The notes under the pieces were generated by a model, which was not told the DNA's origin, did not search any database, and was given only the letters and a program-made list of their open reading frames with translations. A stretch of 59,883 nt of DNA, filler included, from Squatina squatina (Eukaryota), in NCBI GenBank assembly GCA_031763465.1. It is 3 parts of 3 records of this genome, joined end to end, with 100 filler letters (N's around TTAATTAATTAA, not from the genome) between each part and the next. Parts side by side here need not be neighbours in the genome. Positions count along the whole stretch, not along the records: positions 21,026 to 40,438 come from JARFOE010000189.1; positions 40,539 to 59,883 come from JARFOE010000073.1; 1 more part is not named here. One strand, given 5' to 3'. Numbering within the stretch: the first letter of the stretch is position 1; each line of letters opens with the position of its first letter. Positions 37,801 to 52,200 of the stretch are shown piece after piece. The position numbers and the translations under genes were made by a program.

Positions 37801-39713
37801 TCAGGATTTCTAATCAATAGAAAATGAACGTGACTTCAATGGCAATAAAAATCAGGAGAGTTGGCAAACGGGCCGCTAGCTTGCTATCACCCACTTTACA
37901 CTATCGCACAAAGATCTACCCCAAGGTCTGATGAGTTTCGCTTGTATTTTATTTCATGCAGCCGATCAAATTTAGCACGAATGTGTTCATTTTAACCTGA
38001 ATTTGGTGTCCCTTAGTACTTACATCACACCTTGTTCTCAAAGGAGTGCTATGCATGAAACAGATGGCATCAAATTATTGGTGCAACACATATTCTGTGC
38101 TGTTTTGAGGGGTGGGGAGAAGGCAGCAGGCAGTAAATCAGTGGGGACTCAAAGCAGGCTACACATGAGCCTGATTAAAAACGTATTTTGATCAGCAATT
38201 GGCTGTAGCCCAAGAGGTGTGTAGTTTTCTTTTCAGCAACAGTGCAGTAAATCAATTTGCACTTTTTGGATGGTGCAATTGAATTCAGAACAGGTGTGAT
38301 TATGCTACAAAGCTGAATTAGCAGGGTGTTCATTTAACTTCACACTGTCTTTTGTAGCCTCTTCAATTTTCATATAATTGAGAAATAATTTGAAGATAAG
38401 CAAGCAAATTCTATTTGCATGCAAAAAGGATTGTCTGCCAAACCTCTCTGTAGAAAAATACATCTTAAGGCATTTAATTATAAGTCGTTTTATTATTAAG
38501 GCTGATAGAATGAGGTTAACAATTTGTTAGAAGCCATAAATACTGTCTGAAAAGGATTTCTTGTCTAAAACATTTCAGGCCAGAGACTGTGCTGTTGACT
38601 AATGTAGAGGTTAATTGACATATTCTATTTATAACAATTGCACCTTCATTAATCATTTGTCTTTTGTTTCAAAATTAAACTATTTGCATTTCTGAAAATG
38701 TCAGCTTTTTATTTTTGAAAGCATGAGGTCTGTATACTTTAAGTTATGAACTTTCAAAAGTGCCGAAGTATGTACAAAGTGGAATGTAATTTTCCTCGGA
38801 CATTTGATCTTCCAGCAAATGATGGAAAAAAACCCAGATTTGCTGGAAACTCAGTCTCATCTCAGAATAACACCATGTCCTAATTGCCTGAACATGGTAC
38901 CTTTAACATTGAGAACAGCTGAAGATCACATCATGAGACAGACTGCACCTCATATCGCCCCTGCCAGTTAGTTTTTAATGCTCTGAGAGTCTGGCAGGAC
39001 TGTCTGCTCTCCTAAAACATTAAAAAGAAACACTGTTCTGGTTTATGAGGAGCCCTCTCTTTGCAGAATCAGATGAGTATGACCCAGGAGTTAGAATGCA
39101 ATATTTTCCAATTCTGTGCTCCTGGTGTAGTCTTGCCTGCTGGGGGGCTACGTATTGGTAACAGCCCAAGATACAATAAATGGCAGTTGAGGCTCTGTGC
39201 TGGGGACTCAATGGAATTGCTGCAAAAATGCTTCATTGCGATGCAAATTTGGCACTGTAATTGGCCCCTAAAATGTGCTACAAAGCCATATCAAGAAGGC
39301 ACCTTGGATTCCTANNNNNNNNNNNNNNNNNNNNNNNNNNNNNNNNNNNNNNNNNNNNNNNNNNNNNNNNNNNNNNNNNNNNNNNNNNNNNNNNNNNNNN
39401 NNNNNNNNNNNNNNTGCACCGGCAGCCGCCATCTTTAAACATCGGCCAACTATATTGTCGATTTAACATTGCCATGTTATGCTGACGCGGAACGGTGACT
39501 AAGTCACCAAGGCTGCATCATAGTGCGTCACTGGTGGCGCGACGCACTTCCAGCTGTGAGGCCCCGAATGCGGCGGGCCATTTGGGTGCAGCCACATTGG
39601 GGCTCCATTGGTTTTATCTTATCTTTAGCTGACTATTGCTTTTGATTTGTTTATGAAGCTGGTTAAATTTATAAAATGTCTCTGATTTTTATTTTCTCTG
39701 TTGTCTCATTTAG

Positions 39714-39826
39714 TTGGTAATCATTGCATTTGATGACGGAGAACCGGTGAGGTTTAATACTACCATAGTAGACATTACTGTACTGCAGCCATCAGTAATT
39801 CCACGTTTTACACAGGAAGATTACAG
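39714..39826 (+). CDS. PCDH15: Protocadherin-15 exon (EC9-EC10 region)
   Basis: tttag|[37 protein letters not shown](R)|gtacta, matching PCDH15 DDGEPV...IPRFTQEEYR. Confidence 0.92.
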
Positions 39827-40438
39827 GTACTATGTATACTTTCAAACCGGGGCTGGAGAAAATTACTCTTGCTTTCTATGTGTGGGCACACTATAAATGC
39901 ATTCTGGTCAGTATTTCATTCAGTCAATAAATTATTGACTGGCTTTATTTTACAGAGAGCAAGTGAACATACAGAGTAAGAGATACAATCAAATCTAATC
40001 TTGATTCAATTAACTGCAGATCAAGAAAAATAATTTTAAAATACGCTGTGCGATTCCTGTTAGCAAGCCAGCAAAGCTTTTATTGCTTCTGACTTCTAAC
40101 TCTGGACTTGAGATAATTGAGCGTCCCCTGCATCCTCTTCCGACCTCGTTGGTTGGCTGACTGCCCCCAGGTCCTTTGTCCTTTCCTTTGTGTGTTCCCA
40201 GCAATGGGAGGACTGTACCTCTGACTTCTTCCCCATCCAGTAATTTGCCAGCAGGTCTGTCAACCAAACCAGCCCAGCCTGCTCGCCAAAGAATATATTC
40301 TCAGTCAATACCTCCAGCTCGACTCACATGAGCAGACACAATTCCCAGCTCGACAGGAAGGAATGTTTCTGTAATCTGTAAACTAACTTTAATTGTCTAA
40401 AGCACTCTGGTTCAGATTCATTTTGTCTGAATCCTAAT

Positions 40439-40538
40439 NNNNNNNNNNNNNNNNNNNNNNNNNNNNNNNNNNNNNNNNNNNNTTAATTAATTAANNNNNN
40501 NNNNNNNNNNNNNNNNNNNNNNNNNNNNNNNNNNNNNN
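40439..40538. other. Artificial scaffold-joining spacer (44N + TTAATTAATTAA + 44N)
   Basis: 12-mer at 40483-40494; same construct as 20926-21025. Confidence 0.95.
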
Positions 40539-40955
40539 TCATTCAGGGCTGGTTGTTTTCATACACCAGTGTATTTTTCCATTGACTTGATATCTATCTA
40601 TCTATCTTTCCTATCTTCGATTGATATGGTGCCTGTCTGTTCAGTTGTGAATGTTGTTTTATGAAGATGAATTTTAAGTCAGTCAAGTGCAAGGTTAATG
40701 CATATTTTGCATATCCAAGTGTAACATAGGAATGGCGAAGCACAAAGCTGGAGAGATGAATCAATGGACAATAGACACAAAGGTGCATTTTTCAAATGAA
40801 CACTCAGATTACTTTAGGACCTTAGGCAGGTGTTTCTGCAAGACAATTTTTTCTGTCGAACTGAACTGGATCAGAGGAGGGACGCACTGTAAATAGAAGA
40901 GTAGGACAATGTAGCTGAGCAGTCCACAAACAGTGGGAGAAGCCAGAGTTACTTA

Positions 40956-41138
<183 letters not shown>

Positions 41139-42340
41139 TTATGTTCTCAATTATGTGAGCACACAAAAATTTGAAAAACACTTTTTTGTGCCCATTGGGC
41201 AAGAACAGAAAATTAATCCCTTCAAAGCCCTGCAGGATTTTACTGAATCAGAGCACAAGCAATGCAATTATTTGTGAAGTCCCAAAACAAATACCATGCA
41301 ATCATATTCTCACCAGATTTTATTAGTTCAAAATTCACCACAATAATTTGCATTTCTGATGCAGCAAAGCAAATAAGTAAGAGTGGATTCTCCATGCAGA
41401 GTTGAAGTGAATGTCACTTTCACTTTGTTTCCATAGGACCTTTTCAAATGGCACCCCTTCAACAAGTGTAAGAATAGGCAATGCTGGAATGTAATGCAGT
41501 AATGTCATGTCCTATGAAAAATTTGAGGCTCCTCAGTGGGTAAATGAATCACCCAGCGTGGTACTAAGCCATAAGCTAGCAAGGTCCCTGGCTCAATCCT
41601 TATTCTGGGCTGAAGTTACCCTTGTTAATAATTTTTGCAACGAAAAGTCACAAGTATAGAATTTCTGCCTTTTTCATTAAAACTATTGACGAGAGTAAGC
41701 TCATTTCATGCTGTGGCAAAGATCACGCTTAGTTGCGATGCCTCTCATGATTGAATTGCTTGGCAGTGCTCTCAGGCTAGGTTTAGGTGTGAAATATGCT
41801 ACCACCAAACCATAATCCACTGTGAGCGAATACCTTTGCCAGAGAGAAAATTGGGAAATAAAGTGATGCCCTTGTGCATTACGGAGATATTTCAGCCATC
41901 CACAAATTGAATCAGGGNNNNNNNNNNNNNNNNNNNNNNNNNNNNNNNNNNNNNNNNNNNNNNNNNNNNNNNNNNNNNNNNNNNNNNNNNNNNNNNNNNN
42001 NNNNNNNNNNNNNNNNNCAGGTTGTAGATGTAGAGCTTTTGACAACACATTCTACATCATGCTCCAGCTGAGAACTGACTACTGGTTAGATGGGCAGATC
42101 AAAATCAGAACCTGCCAGGACTCAAACTCAAGACAACATCAGTATCAGACAAACCAACCTATCCAGCTGAATGGATCTCAACTTATTCTGGTGTAATATG
42201 ATTATTGCACCATGGTTAAAATTAAACTATCAATTGATTACTGATGTCTTTTTGATCCAGACATTCTTGTGAAATTGAAACTGAAACAGTCAATTGAAAA
42301 ATAGAAATTAAGTAGAATAAAGTTCAAGCATCAGACATCA

Positions 42341-42619
<279 letters not shown>

Positions 42620-43502
42620 TCAACAACACACTACCAATTAGAGATAAAATATTTTTTTATTTTACAAGTAATGAAAGGCCTGATCATCTAAACTTTGTCT
42701 GAAGTTGCCACGGTCTACTTATAGTATAACTAGCATGCACCAGCTGTGTGCCTGTGTTGCGATGCGGAAGTCTGAATGCTTAAATGGGTGACCTCATTGT
42801 TGTGGGTGGCATCAGTTCCTGGAATACTGCAACAAAATCACTACTTTTGGCACGGTTAGCTCATAACTGGAACTTTTACCCAGCAGTTTTAATGATAACC
42901 TAGTTGATCTTCCTTAGTGTTGCACACAGNNNNNNNNNNNNNNNNNNNNNNNNNNNNNNNNNNNNNNNNNNNNNNNNNNNNNNNNNNNNNNNNNNNNNNN
43001 NNNNNNNNNNNNNNNNNNNNNNNNNNNNNCTGATAAATCCAGCTAGGTGTGCCTCTACCTGTAAATGAGGATGCTTGGGCGCATCTGCCTCTGCTGTAGT
43101 CATACCTGGTTGGCATCCTTCCTCTTCCAAAAAACACAAGTAATATTGCAGATGTTCAAAAGAAAAAGTGTCAAAACACCTGTCCTCAAAGTCTCCTGAG
43201 TGTTGACAAAGGGGGAAAGGTACAGAAATTAACAAAAGAAAAGCCTGAAGTTACAGAAATAAATCTTTTTACAAGTCTTATTTAAAACCCCCTGTCATGG
43301 AATTCTTCCTCAACGTGAGACACCACCTTCAGAAGAAGAGTGTTAGGGACTGGAAAAGAGGAGAAAAACAGAGGATCAAGAAAATCTGTTAAAGATGCAA
43401 CACCATGACATCTTCAACAATTATAAACTTGTATGTATCCCTTCAAGCTCCACTTAAGGAGATATTCAACAAGCAACAATGTATCTTTCGTGTTTAACTT
43501 AC

Positions 43503-43711
43503 CTTATCAAAGTTCTGCATCTGTTCCCGATTGCTGAACCAGGATTCCTTGTCCTGGTTTGGCTGAATTACAAACACCTCATAATCTGCAAACATCTGAG
43601 TAAAGCGATTGGCAAAGATTTCCCTGATCTGGATGTTGAGCTGATGAATCTTCAGCTCTTCCTCATCACACTGAACCTTTAAATCTTTGTTACTTCCAGC
43701 TTCCTCCCGCA
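43503..43711 (-). CDS. DENND5A: DENND5A exon (5' end in 10-N gap)
   Basis: [69 protein letters not shown]|gtaagt. Confidence 0.95.
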
Positions 43712-44908
43712 NNNNNNNNNNAAACAGGCAACAGGTCAATCATTCCCGACAGTTCACGATACTGTGGGGGTGGGGTATTTAGCTACTGATTCTTTTGCTG
43801 AAAGATTGCTGTTCATTTAACCAACATACATAGTAGAATTTCTGACTCTTCAAAACATTACATACAACTTTCAACCATACTACAGAGTGGAAAATAAAGA
43901 GCTTCCAATGAGGACAAAGTTCAATCTGGATTAAACAGATAGCTTTTAGCCAACATCTATTTCAGAACACTAATCAGGACATCACGCAACTATCTGAACT
44001 AATGTAGAACTGCCTTCCTCTTCTTCCAAAAAACACAAGTAATATTGCAGATGTTCAAAAGAAAAAAATGTCAAAACACCTGTCCTCAAAGTCTCCTGCT
44101 TACTGTTGAGGTCACTTTTATCCAAAAAAATTTTTAATATACCAAGCTCACAACTTGGAATACATTCATTTTTAAAAAAAAAGTATTCCATGCACTTTGA
44201 ACTTAGTAAAATAAGCAATAACAAAACTAAATCAAGTACATAGGAAAGGAAGAAGATGAAACAAGATGCAGGCTTTTTAATGAAATAATTGCACGAAAAA
44301 TCCATTTTATTCAACCAACAATGTTGAATTAAAGCTCCTGTGAAGTACAGTCAGAATGAAGAATTAATTCTAACATGACAGCAAATCTGATACCACAGAA
44401 GAAGCCATGCAGAGTTCAATGCTTTGCAATTAGTTACACTTTTTTNNNNNNNNNNNNNNNNNNNNNNNNNNNNNNNNNNNNNNNNNNNNNNNNNNNNNNN
44501 NNNNNNNNNNNNNNNNNNNNNNNNNNNNNNNNNNNNNNNNNNNNNTGCACCTTTTCTCAATGGTTTTAATGTAATCCTCTATATCCAGTGAAAAAATTAA
44601 TAAAACACATGTAAACCCTTCCTTCCCTCACCCCTCAAAACATTTTTGCAGTCTTATTATTAGTATGGGGGGGGGGGGGAAATTAAAAGTAGTTTTCAAG
44701 ACAGAAGAAAAACAAAAACAAGCATTTACGTTCTCAGAGATTCACCATTATTATATTTTTCAGATGAATATATCCAAGGATGAGACTATATTTGCAGTTT
44801 ATCCTGGTGCATTTTAATGCCTCCCCAGAACCACAATGATCGTCACAGCCATCATTAGGAGACAACCTCAACGTGTGCCATATAACCCTAAATAAGTTAA
44901 AAACTAAC

Positions 44909-45226
44909 CTTCTCTAAACTGACACCAGTCCTTTTGACAAGGGCATGCAACCTTGCCATGGTCTCGTTTTCCTTCAGCAATTCATATGTGCTCAGTGCTG
45001 ATCCGGCTACATTTCCGTTCTTCTTATCGCAGACCACATCGCTCCCTTTAAAATTCTTAAGCTTAGAGGCACTTTCGCTGCAGTGCAGGTTCCCTTCAGG
45101 TGGAATCCCAAATGCCATTAGGATCTCAGAGATTTCTTGAATGAATTCTAGTTTATTTGGAAACTGTGGCAAGTCTTCTGGCAGTTCAATAAAATGGTTG
45201 TCTATGTCCACAAAGCACAGATTTGC
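44909..45226 (-). CDS. DENND5A: DENND5A exon
   Basis: [34 protein letters not shown]...[12 protein letters not shown]; 318 nt, phase 0/0. Confidence 0.95.
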
Positions 45227-45843
45227 CTGAAAAAGTTAAATATATATTTTAAAAGATTTAAAGTTGTGCTTCTGTCAGAAATGCACACATTTATAATGCT
45301 ACTAGCATTCAGCAACAAAAAAAAACACGACACAGGCCATCAGACCCTCACCCAATGTAGACAAATGAAAAGATCNNNNNNNNNNCCTTGAGCTTGAATT
45401 CCGACAATAAGCAAACATATTTTAAAATCAGCCAGAGTTTCCATTTCTTTCATGACCCAGTAACCCTGGTGGAAGTATGCATACAAGACTGTTGGGTAAA
45501 AACAGGATCAGGCTTTGATAGAACATATGGTCAGCCAAAATACTCATCTTTCAGGCTGATATGAAAAATGGTAAATTAAATAAACTACAACTCTACATGA
45601 ACGTGCCCCATTACATTNNNNNNNNNNNNNNNNNNNNNNNNNNNNNNNNNNNNNNNNNNNNNNNNNNNNNNNNNNNNNNNNNNNNNNNNNNNNNNNNNNN
45701 NNNNNNNNNNNNNNNNNACTGCACTATTGTACCCAACTAATTATTCCATGAAGAAAAAGACTATGAGAGAGAGCCAGGCAATCTTTTTCTCGACAGCTAG
45801 CAATATTACATATTTGGAGTTAAATAAATTGAGAGAGACTTAC

Positions 45844-46031
45844 CTCCTGTGGTAGCTCTAACTTGGACCGGTCATCCTGGCCATTGGAATGTAAACCCAT
45901 CAAGTAAGGAACAGGAGCATCTAAAAAATGAAGGAGCGATGCAGGGAGGATAGGGACGTACACATGCTGCCACTGACAGGGAAAGAGTATTGCAGTGATA
46001 CTTTCTGCTACTGTCATCAGTCGCTGGTAAT
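45844..46031 (-). CDS. DENND5A: DENND5A exon (cDENN)
   Basis: [46 protein letters not shown]...LELPQE; 188 nt, phase 1/0. Confidence 0.95.
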
Positions 46032-47680
46032 CTGTTTATAAAAATACACAACCAGGAAAGGTGTTATTTTTCAGTCCATGCAGTAACTGTCAACTCCATT
46101 TTCCAGATAATATATTTGACCTGGAAACACCACGATCAAATGCAATAGCTATGAAGACAAGTTATCCCACTCACCATCTGCCACTTGGTGATATTTGTTG
46201 CTTGTGTGTGAAGACTATGAAAATATTCAATGAATAGCAATTTCTGCTCTTATGACCCCCCCTTGTAAATAGCCCAGAAAAAATATTCTAAAAACAGCAA
46301 CATTGACTACAATTTTTATAATATTGTACATTCTAATAAACATCCAGTAAAGCTGTCACACACAAACAAGCAGAAAAACACCATTGCAAGCTCCATGGTA
46401 TACTTAATTACATTAGAAAAAAAGCACATAGGAATGATTTCAAAGATGTTGGCACCCAAAATTGTAACTCATTTTTCTCTTTCAGATGTCAATCAACCCA
46501 TGGGTATCCTGCAAATACCTGGTAATGAGACTCTCAGAATTTTCCAGGGTAGGATACCAGAGACCACTAAATGATGGACAAAGAGCCAAGACTGGGGACT
46601 ATAGGTACTGTGGTCCTTTGACCAGGGATCTCAGCCCATTTAGTACATTTGTGCCTNNNNNNNNNNNNNNNNNNNNNNNNNNNNNNNNNNNNNNNNNNNN
46701 NNNNNNNNNNNNNNNNNNNNNNNNNNNNNNNNNNNNNNNNNNNNNNNNNNNNNNNNCGCCCCCTCATCCTGTGGTATGGTCCTATGCTTACTGGCAGCTG
46801 TGTGGCGCCTTGCCCATGTGGCCCCTTGCCCATGTGGCCATTCTTTGTCAATGTGTTGACAAGCCATTCAAGCGTTGGTGGTATCTTTAGCTGAGGACAA
46901 CCAGGTCTTCCTTTAGGGGGCTTAGGTTTTGGAAACACTCAGTTGATACGTTGTGCAGTGAGAGTTAGAGGAATTCACACCAGAAGTAACAAGGTCTTTT
47001 TCAATGCTCTTATTCAGTATTACTCAATGAGGAAGGTTTGATAGAAACTAGGATCAGGAGTCCAGAAGGTTTTGTTCCCCTCCCTTGTTCAGACACAATG
47101 AAGGCAAATTTTCTTGGAGATTCTTCCAATTGGCTGCTGTAACGTTGGCGGAAGATGGGCAAAATCTGGGTAAATTATGCCTATCTTCTGCCAAAGGTAC
47201 GTCAGTCAGCTGTTGGGGAGAATTCTGCAGGACAACTGTGATTTTATTCTTTCATGTTTATTGTGTTATAAATGTTATCATTAGTTACATACACTGATAT
47301 GATTGAAGAAAAATGGCAGCCAAAAAGATAACATGCAATACATTATAAGTAGATGAAGAATAACTTTGGTCCCTCCAGCTCCCCACTAGTAATTCAGAGG
47401 AACGTCAATTTACCAGCGCCAGTATTTGTTTGGCTTTCACTCATGTTTCTGACCCATGCCACCAAATTCTCTTTTACTTCATGGCCCTGATTTTCTCAAC
47501 CAATTTCTTATGTGGCACTTTTTGTGAACTTCCAGAATGCACTTGATAAACAATATCTACTGCAGATAAATCATAGCCCTTATAATCTCTTGCAGGTGTA
47601 CTATTATTTTCTGTAGTAGTCACTCGTAGTCAATATATCTTCCATAAAATGTAAAATTAATTCATAAATGCTGGACTTAC

Positions 47681-48353
47681 GTTGAGAGTACAGCAGGATT
47701 TGAATCTCCAACAATGCACAAGTGAAGAGTTGTAGCACATTTTCCAGACCCAATAGCTCAAACATCTCATTAATTGGAAAGTCAAAAAGTGGCAACTCAT
47801 TGGTGCTTGGCCTTTGGCAAACAATTGGGCCATATACACCCAGAAATTTTAAAGACCTCCCTGCTGGTGGCAGTGGCACCTCATACAGTATATTGTAAAC
47901 ATAACTTTCTAGTGGCAATGGAGGAGGTTGAAGAGAAGTCACAGCTTGATGGAGTTGCTCAAGCACCTTCTTACAGGCTTGCATGAAAGGCATAGGTGCA
48001 ATCAAGCAAATGCATTTCGAGACATACAGTGTGTCCTTGCTAATATCATATGAATTAAAACGCTGTAGCTTTGTCATGCCAGTAGATACGTCACTGCAAT
48101 TATCAGAGTTACTCTCAGATGAGTTTATGCAGATTGTAGACGAGGTGTGAAGAATGTCATATTGTTCTGCATTATGCATGTGATATAATGTCTGCATTGC
48201 ACTGCAGATCTGTTTACTAGCCACCTCTTCATAAAACGTGAGGGCAAATCCATACGTACGAGAACCATCTTCACGGGTGATGATAAACGAATGGAATTGT
48301 GGCTCTCGGTTGTCAGACTGTGTTTTGAAGGAAAGCCCTTTGGGCATGCATAG
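47681..48353 (-). CDS. DENND5A: DENND5A exon (uDENN/cDENN)
   Basis: [12 protein letters not shown]...[23 protein letters not shown]...[16 protein letters not shown]; 673 nt, phase 0/1. Confidence 0.97.
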
Positions 48354-48810
48354 CTTGAACAAAAAAAAAAGAGTTAGATTATATACACAACAGTGCAAAA
48401 CACATGATTTTAAAACATAAGCTTTCAAACAGAGGTCCATGGATTCTTGAGAATCCACAAAGAAATCCGAATGGATCCATTAAGTTATCATATTTGTTGG
48501 CCTGGGACATGCAATGTATTGAGAATTCTGTATTTTTTTTTCCAATATTTAACATAGAATTTACAGCACAGGAACAGGCCATTCGCCCAACAGGCCGATG
48601 CCAGTGTTTATACCACACAGGCCTCCACCCACCTCATCACCATATTCTTCTATTCCTTTCTCCATCATGTACTTATCTAGCTTCCTCTTAAATACANNNN
48701 NNNNNNNNNNNNNNNNNNNNNNNNNNNNNNNNNNNNNNNNNNNNNNNNNNNNNNNNNNNNNNNNNNNNNNNNNNNNNNNNNNNNNNNNNNNNNNNNTTAT
48801 GCATACTAAC

Positions 48811-48920
48811 CATCCCAACAGCATCCTGATCAAAAGGGTTCCATTCCACATTCTCTGGATAGTGAGCCAACACTTTAGATTTAAAAGTTCTTCGAAGTGG
48901 ACTCTGCTCATAGTTTTCAC
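48811..48920 (-). CDS. DENND5A: DENND5A exon (uDENN)
   Basis: [37 protein letters not shown]; 110 nt, phase 1/0. Confidence 0.95.
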
Positions 48921-49829
48921 CTGAAACAAAGAAAACAAACATACGGACTGATAAAAGTTTTCCATCCTAGACACAAGCACAACAGCACAGCAGTGACCAA
49001 AATCCAAGAAAGGACAGAATGAATCACAATAAATCACCCTACAAAAGGAAAGGCAGAATCCATAAAGTATTGGTCATATAAAGTGGTCAAGAACGCACAA
49101 AGATACTTACATAATAAACACTCTAAAGTATTATTTAAAGCCAAAATGTATAAGGCTTTAAATGCGCACAATGAAGCTTTGAAAAGTGCACCGTGCTGTT
49201 CTTTCATACTTACAAGTTAAAAAATTATTTTTTTGGATTGTTTCAATTAGGGAAAAAAAATGGTATAAAAAGATCTTTGCACAAGTCACCACCTATTTTA
49301 AGAGTCATCTTTTTTGTGTCTATATTTGTGTGCAACTGGTCAGAAAATAATCTCTTTGCTAGTCTGAATTTTTTTTTAATATAAACCAGTTTTTTTTTTT
49401 ACACTATTCCTCTGCAATCCCAATAGGTTGACGTTATTAAAATGTTTCAATTGGAGGGAAGACATTGCTTTTAGCCATTACTTGTACAGGAGTAATCGAG
49501 AGAAAGCTACAAGCACTGCGAACTACAGTCTTTGTTTAACAGAATAAGTTCTGAAAGCTTGCTGTGTTTTTTTGCATTAGATAAAGAGAAAAGCGCACAA
49601 AACAGAGACGGCATCATTTCAGAAGGAGGTTGAGCTTCATGAAAACACCACAGAATTAAAAAGAAAGGCTGTTCCAAGAGCTGTATCCAGGCGAGGAGCC
49701 CAAAATACAATCTGGAAGTCCCGTCACCTGCTAAGCAACATTGCTGTGAAAAGAAGGAACTGGAAAGTTAAAGATCAAAAGGTCACTAGAGTCACAAGGA
49801 TGACATAGGACCATCAGAAGGGATTTTAC

Positions 49830-49901
49830 CTTCGTCTGTACTTGAACTGACACGGCCAGCACCATCTCTGCCTTTAGAAGCCTGTAAGAACTGGCATAAA
49901 G
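49830..49901 (-). CDS. DENND5A: DENND5A 72-nt exon
   Basis: ALCQFLQASKGRDGAGRVSSSTDEG, resembling human DENND5A ALCQYIQASKARDGA; symmetric phase 1/1. Confidence 0.88.
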
Positions 49902-51172
49902 CTATATAACAAATAAAATAACAATTAATTACAAATTGATTTGTTCCTGGTACATTTAACAAGAAAAAAAGAAAAGAAATGACTACATAAATATTAATCC
50001 AGTGGTGTAAGGTTACTAGACCAGTACAAATAGTGCATGGATGCTTTAATGAAAAATAATTTGCATACTTTTCCATAACCTGTATAATATTGACAATTTT
50101 GTTATCCAGTCTACTCCTAATGCATAACAGCAGAATATCAAAACCTACAGTTTTAAAGTCATTTTTGGAGAAATTAATAAGAACTTCAAATTCAAATCAC
50201 TCACTCATGCAATCATACAGATTGAGTATTTTGCAGAAATAGATATTTTTTTAAAAAATTGCATTCACTGGATTATTTTGTGCTAAATGAAGATACACTG
50301 CTGGGTGAAAAATGATGCCTAAAAAGATAAAATTGCATTACTCTTCTGTAGTTTCAAAACTACTATACCATACACCGGATTTTCAAAAAGTATAGTCTTT
50401 TGCTGGTTACCGACTGTAACTTGGCCTGTGTTTATTCCAAAATGGAAAGGCACTTCTCACACGTATATAAATTTCCAGCAGAAACAACTCAAAGAATTAC
50501 TGGAGGAGAGTAATCATTTCCTACTTAACCATTTGACAATTACAGCAGTACTTCTGGAACAATAAATACGGTCATGTTATGAGTGCTCATTAATTCTATG
50601 AAAATTCTCTAATTAGTACCTACCTGCTGTTCCCATCATTTTCTTCTCCAGCACCCTGAAAAACTCTTCTTTCAGTCTCTCTCAAAAAGTAGCACCAGTT
50701 TTTTTGCTAAATTTTAGGTTGAGGTCAACGTGACCAACCTAACAATTCCTACCTTTGGGGATCATTGATTATAAAAAGCTTAAGGAGTCCAAAAATAGCT
50801 ATGTAGCAGAGGCAGAAAGGTCTTTGTGACAATGGAAAAAAATTCCACACAGGAAGTCATTGGGAGTTGCACAGTTTAATAACAAATGCTCCCTGAGAGA
50901 GATATAAAAGATATATATTGAGACTGAGCCAGAGACCCAAAAATACCGGACACGTGTTTCCCAGACATTTATACATTTTTTGCAAAAATTGGTCAACGTT
51001 GCCCAGATGAACAATATTCACAGCAAATTTTCAGCTGTAATTTTCTAGAGATTANNNNNNNNNNNNNNNNNNNNNNNNNNNNNNNNNNNNNNNNNNNNNN
51101 NNNNNNNNNNNNNNNNNNNNNNNNNNNNNNNNNNNNNNNNNNNNNNNNNNNNNNAGGGCATCTGCAATGTGC

Positions 51173-51620
51173 TTACCTAGGTCCTGGGGATGTGTCACTC
51201 TTTAGTGCCATTATTTTCTTCATTTCTGTTATTTTGCTTACATTAATTTTGTTGAATCGTTGTCCCTGATTCAATATTGGTTTCCTTGGGATTTCCAGCA
51301 TGCTATTTGCTTCCTTTACTGTAAATACTGACACAAAGTAATTATTCAACATGTCTGCCAGTTCCTTATTATCATTGACAATATCACTGATATCAGTTTT
51401 CAAGGGGCCAACATTGCTCCTGACTAACCTCTTGCTCCTAATATAATTGTAAAAATATATTGTGTTGATTTTGACATCCTTTGCAAGTTTCCTTTCATAA
51501 TCCTTTTTTGCAGCTCTTACCATCTGTTTTGTCACTCTTTGTTGTTTTTTTATCTTTCCCATTCACCAGGATCTGTACTTTCATTTTGCATTTTTGTCTG
51601 CTTTTTCTTTTAGTTTTGTA
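51173..51620 (-). mobile_element. CR1 LINE ORF2 internal fragment
   Basis: VRAAKKDYERKLAKDVK..FYNYIRSKR..VGPLK..ADMLNNYFVSVFT...SPGP, the endonuclease-RT linker of CR1. Confidence 0.88.
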
Positions 51621-51699
51621 TTGAAAACCTGAGTGCAATGCTCATGCGTGCAACAGAACAGGGATTTCCCTGGCTAATCCATTAACTGCTGGTATGAAA

Positions 51700-52200
51700 T
51701 TAAGAAGGATGGCCAAAGGTTTGGTAGAGAGGTGGTTTTTAAGAAAGTAGTAGAGTGGGCTAGAGAAGCCAAACCGTTTAGGAATGGAATTCCAGAGAGT
51801 GAAACCTAAGTGGTGGGGTGAAGGGAAGGAAAAGATTCATAAGAGCTCAGAATCAGAAGAGTGTGGGGGGTGGGGAGTTGTACTGCTGGAGGCCAATATG
51901 AGAGATGGAGGGGGTGAGTGCGACCATGGAGGGATTTAAAGACAAGGATATGGGTAATAATTTAAATTTTCAGGCATTGGGGGACCAGTAGCCAATGTCA
52001 GTCAGTGAGGACAAGGAGTGATGGTTAAGCGGGACATGATGCAAGATAGCCTGTGAACAGCACAGGTTTGGATGTGCTGGAGTTTGCATAGGATGGAGGA
52101 TGGGTTGCCAGCCAGGAGAACATTGAATAATCAAGTCTGGAGGTGGTGAAGGCAGGCATAAGGGTTTCGGTAGTGGATGGGCTGAGGTAGTGTTGCGATA
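51700..52200 (-). mobile_element. Degenerate L2 LINE 3' region
   Basis: LSPSTTETLMPAFTTSRLDYS motif, with decayed downstream sequence. Confidence 0.7.

Noticed and set aside
38200-38800. Repeat-free AT-rich intronic block as a possible PCDH15 enhancer
   Set aside because: Conservation cannot be assessed from one sequence; no distinctive motif evidence.
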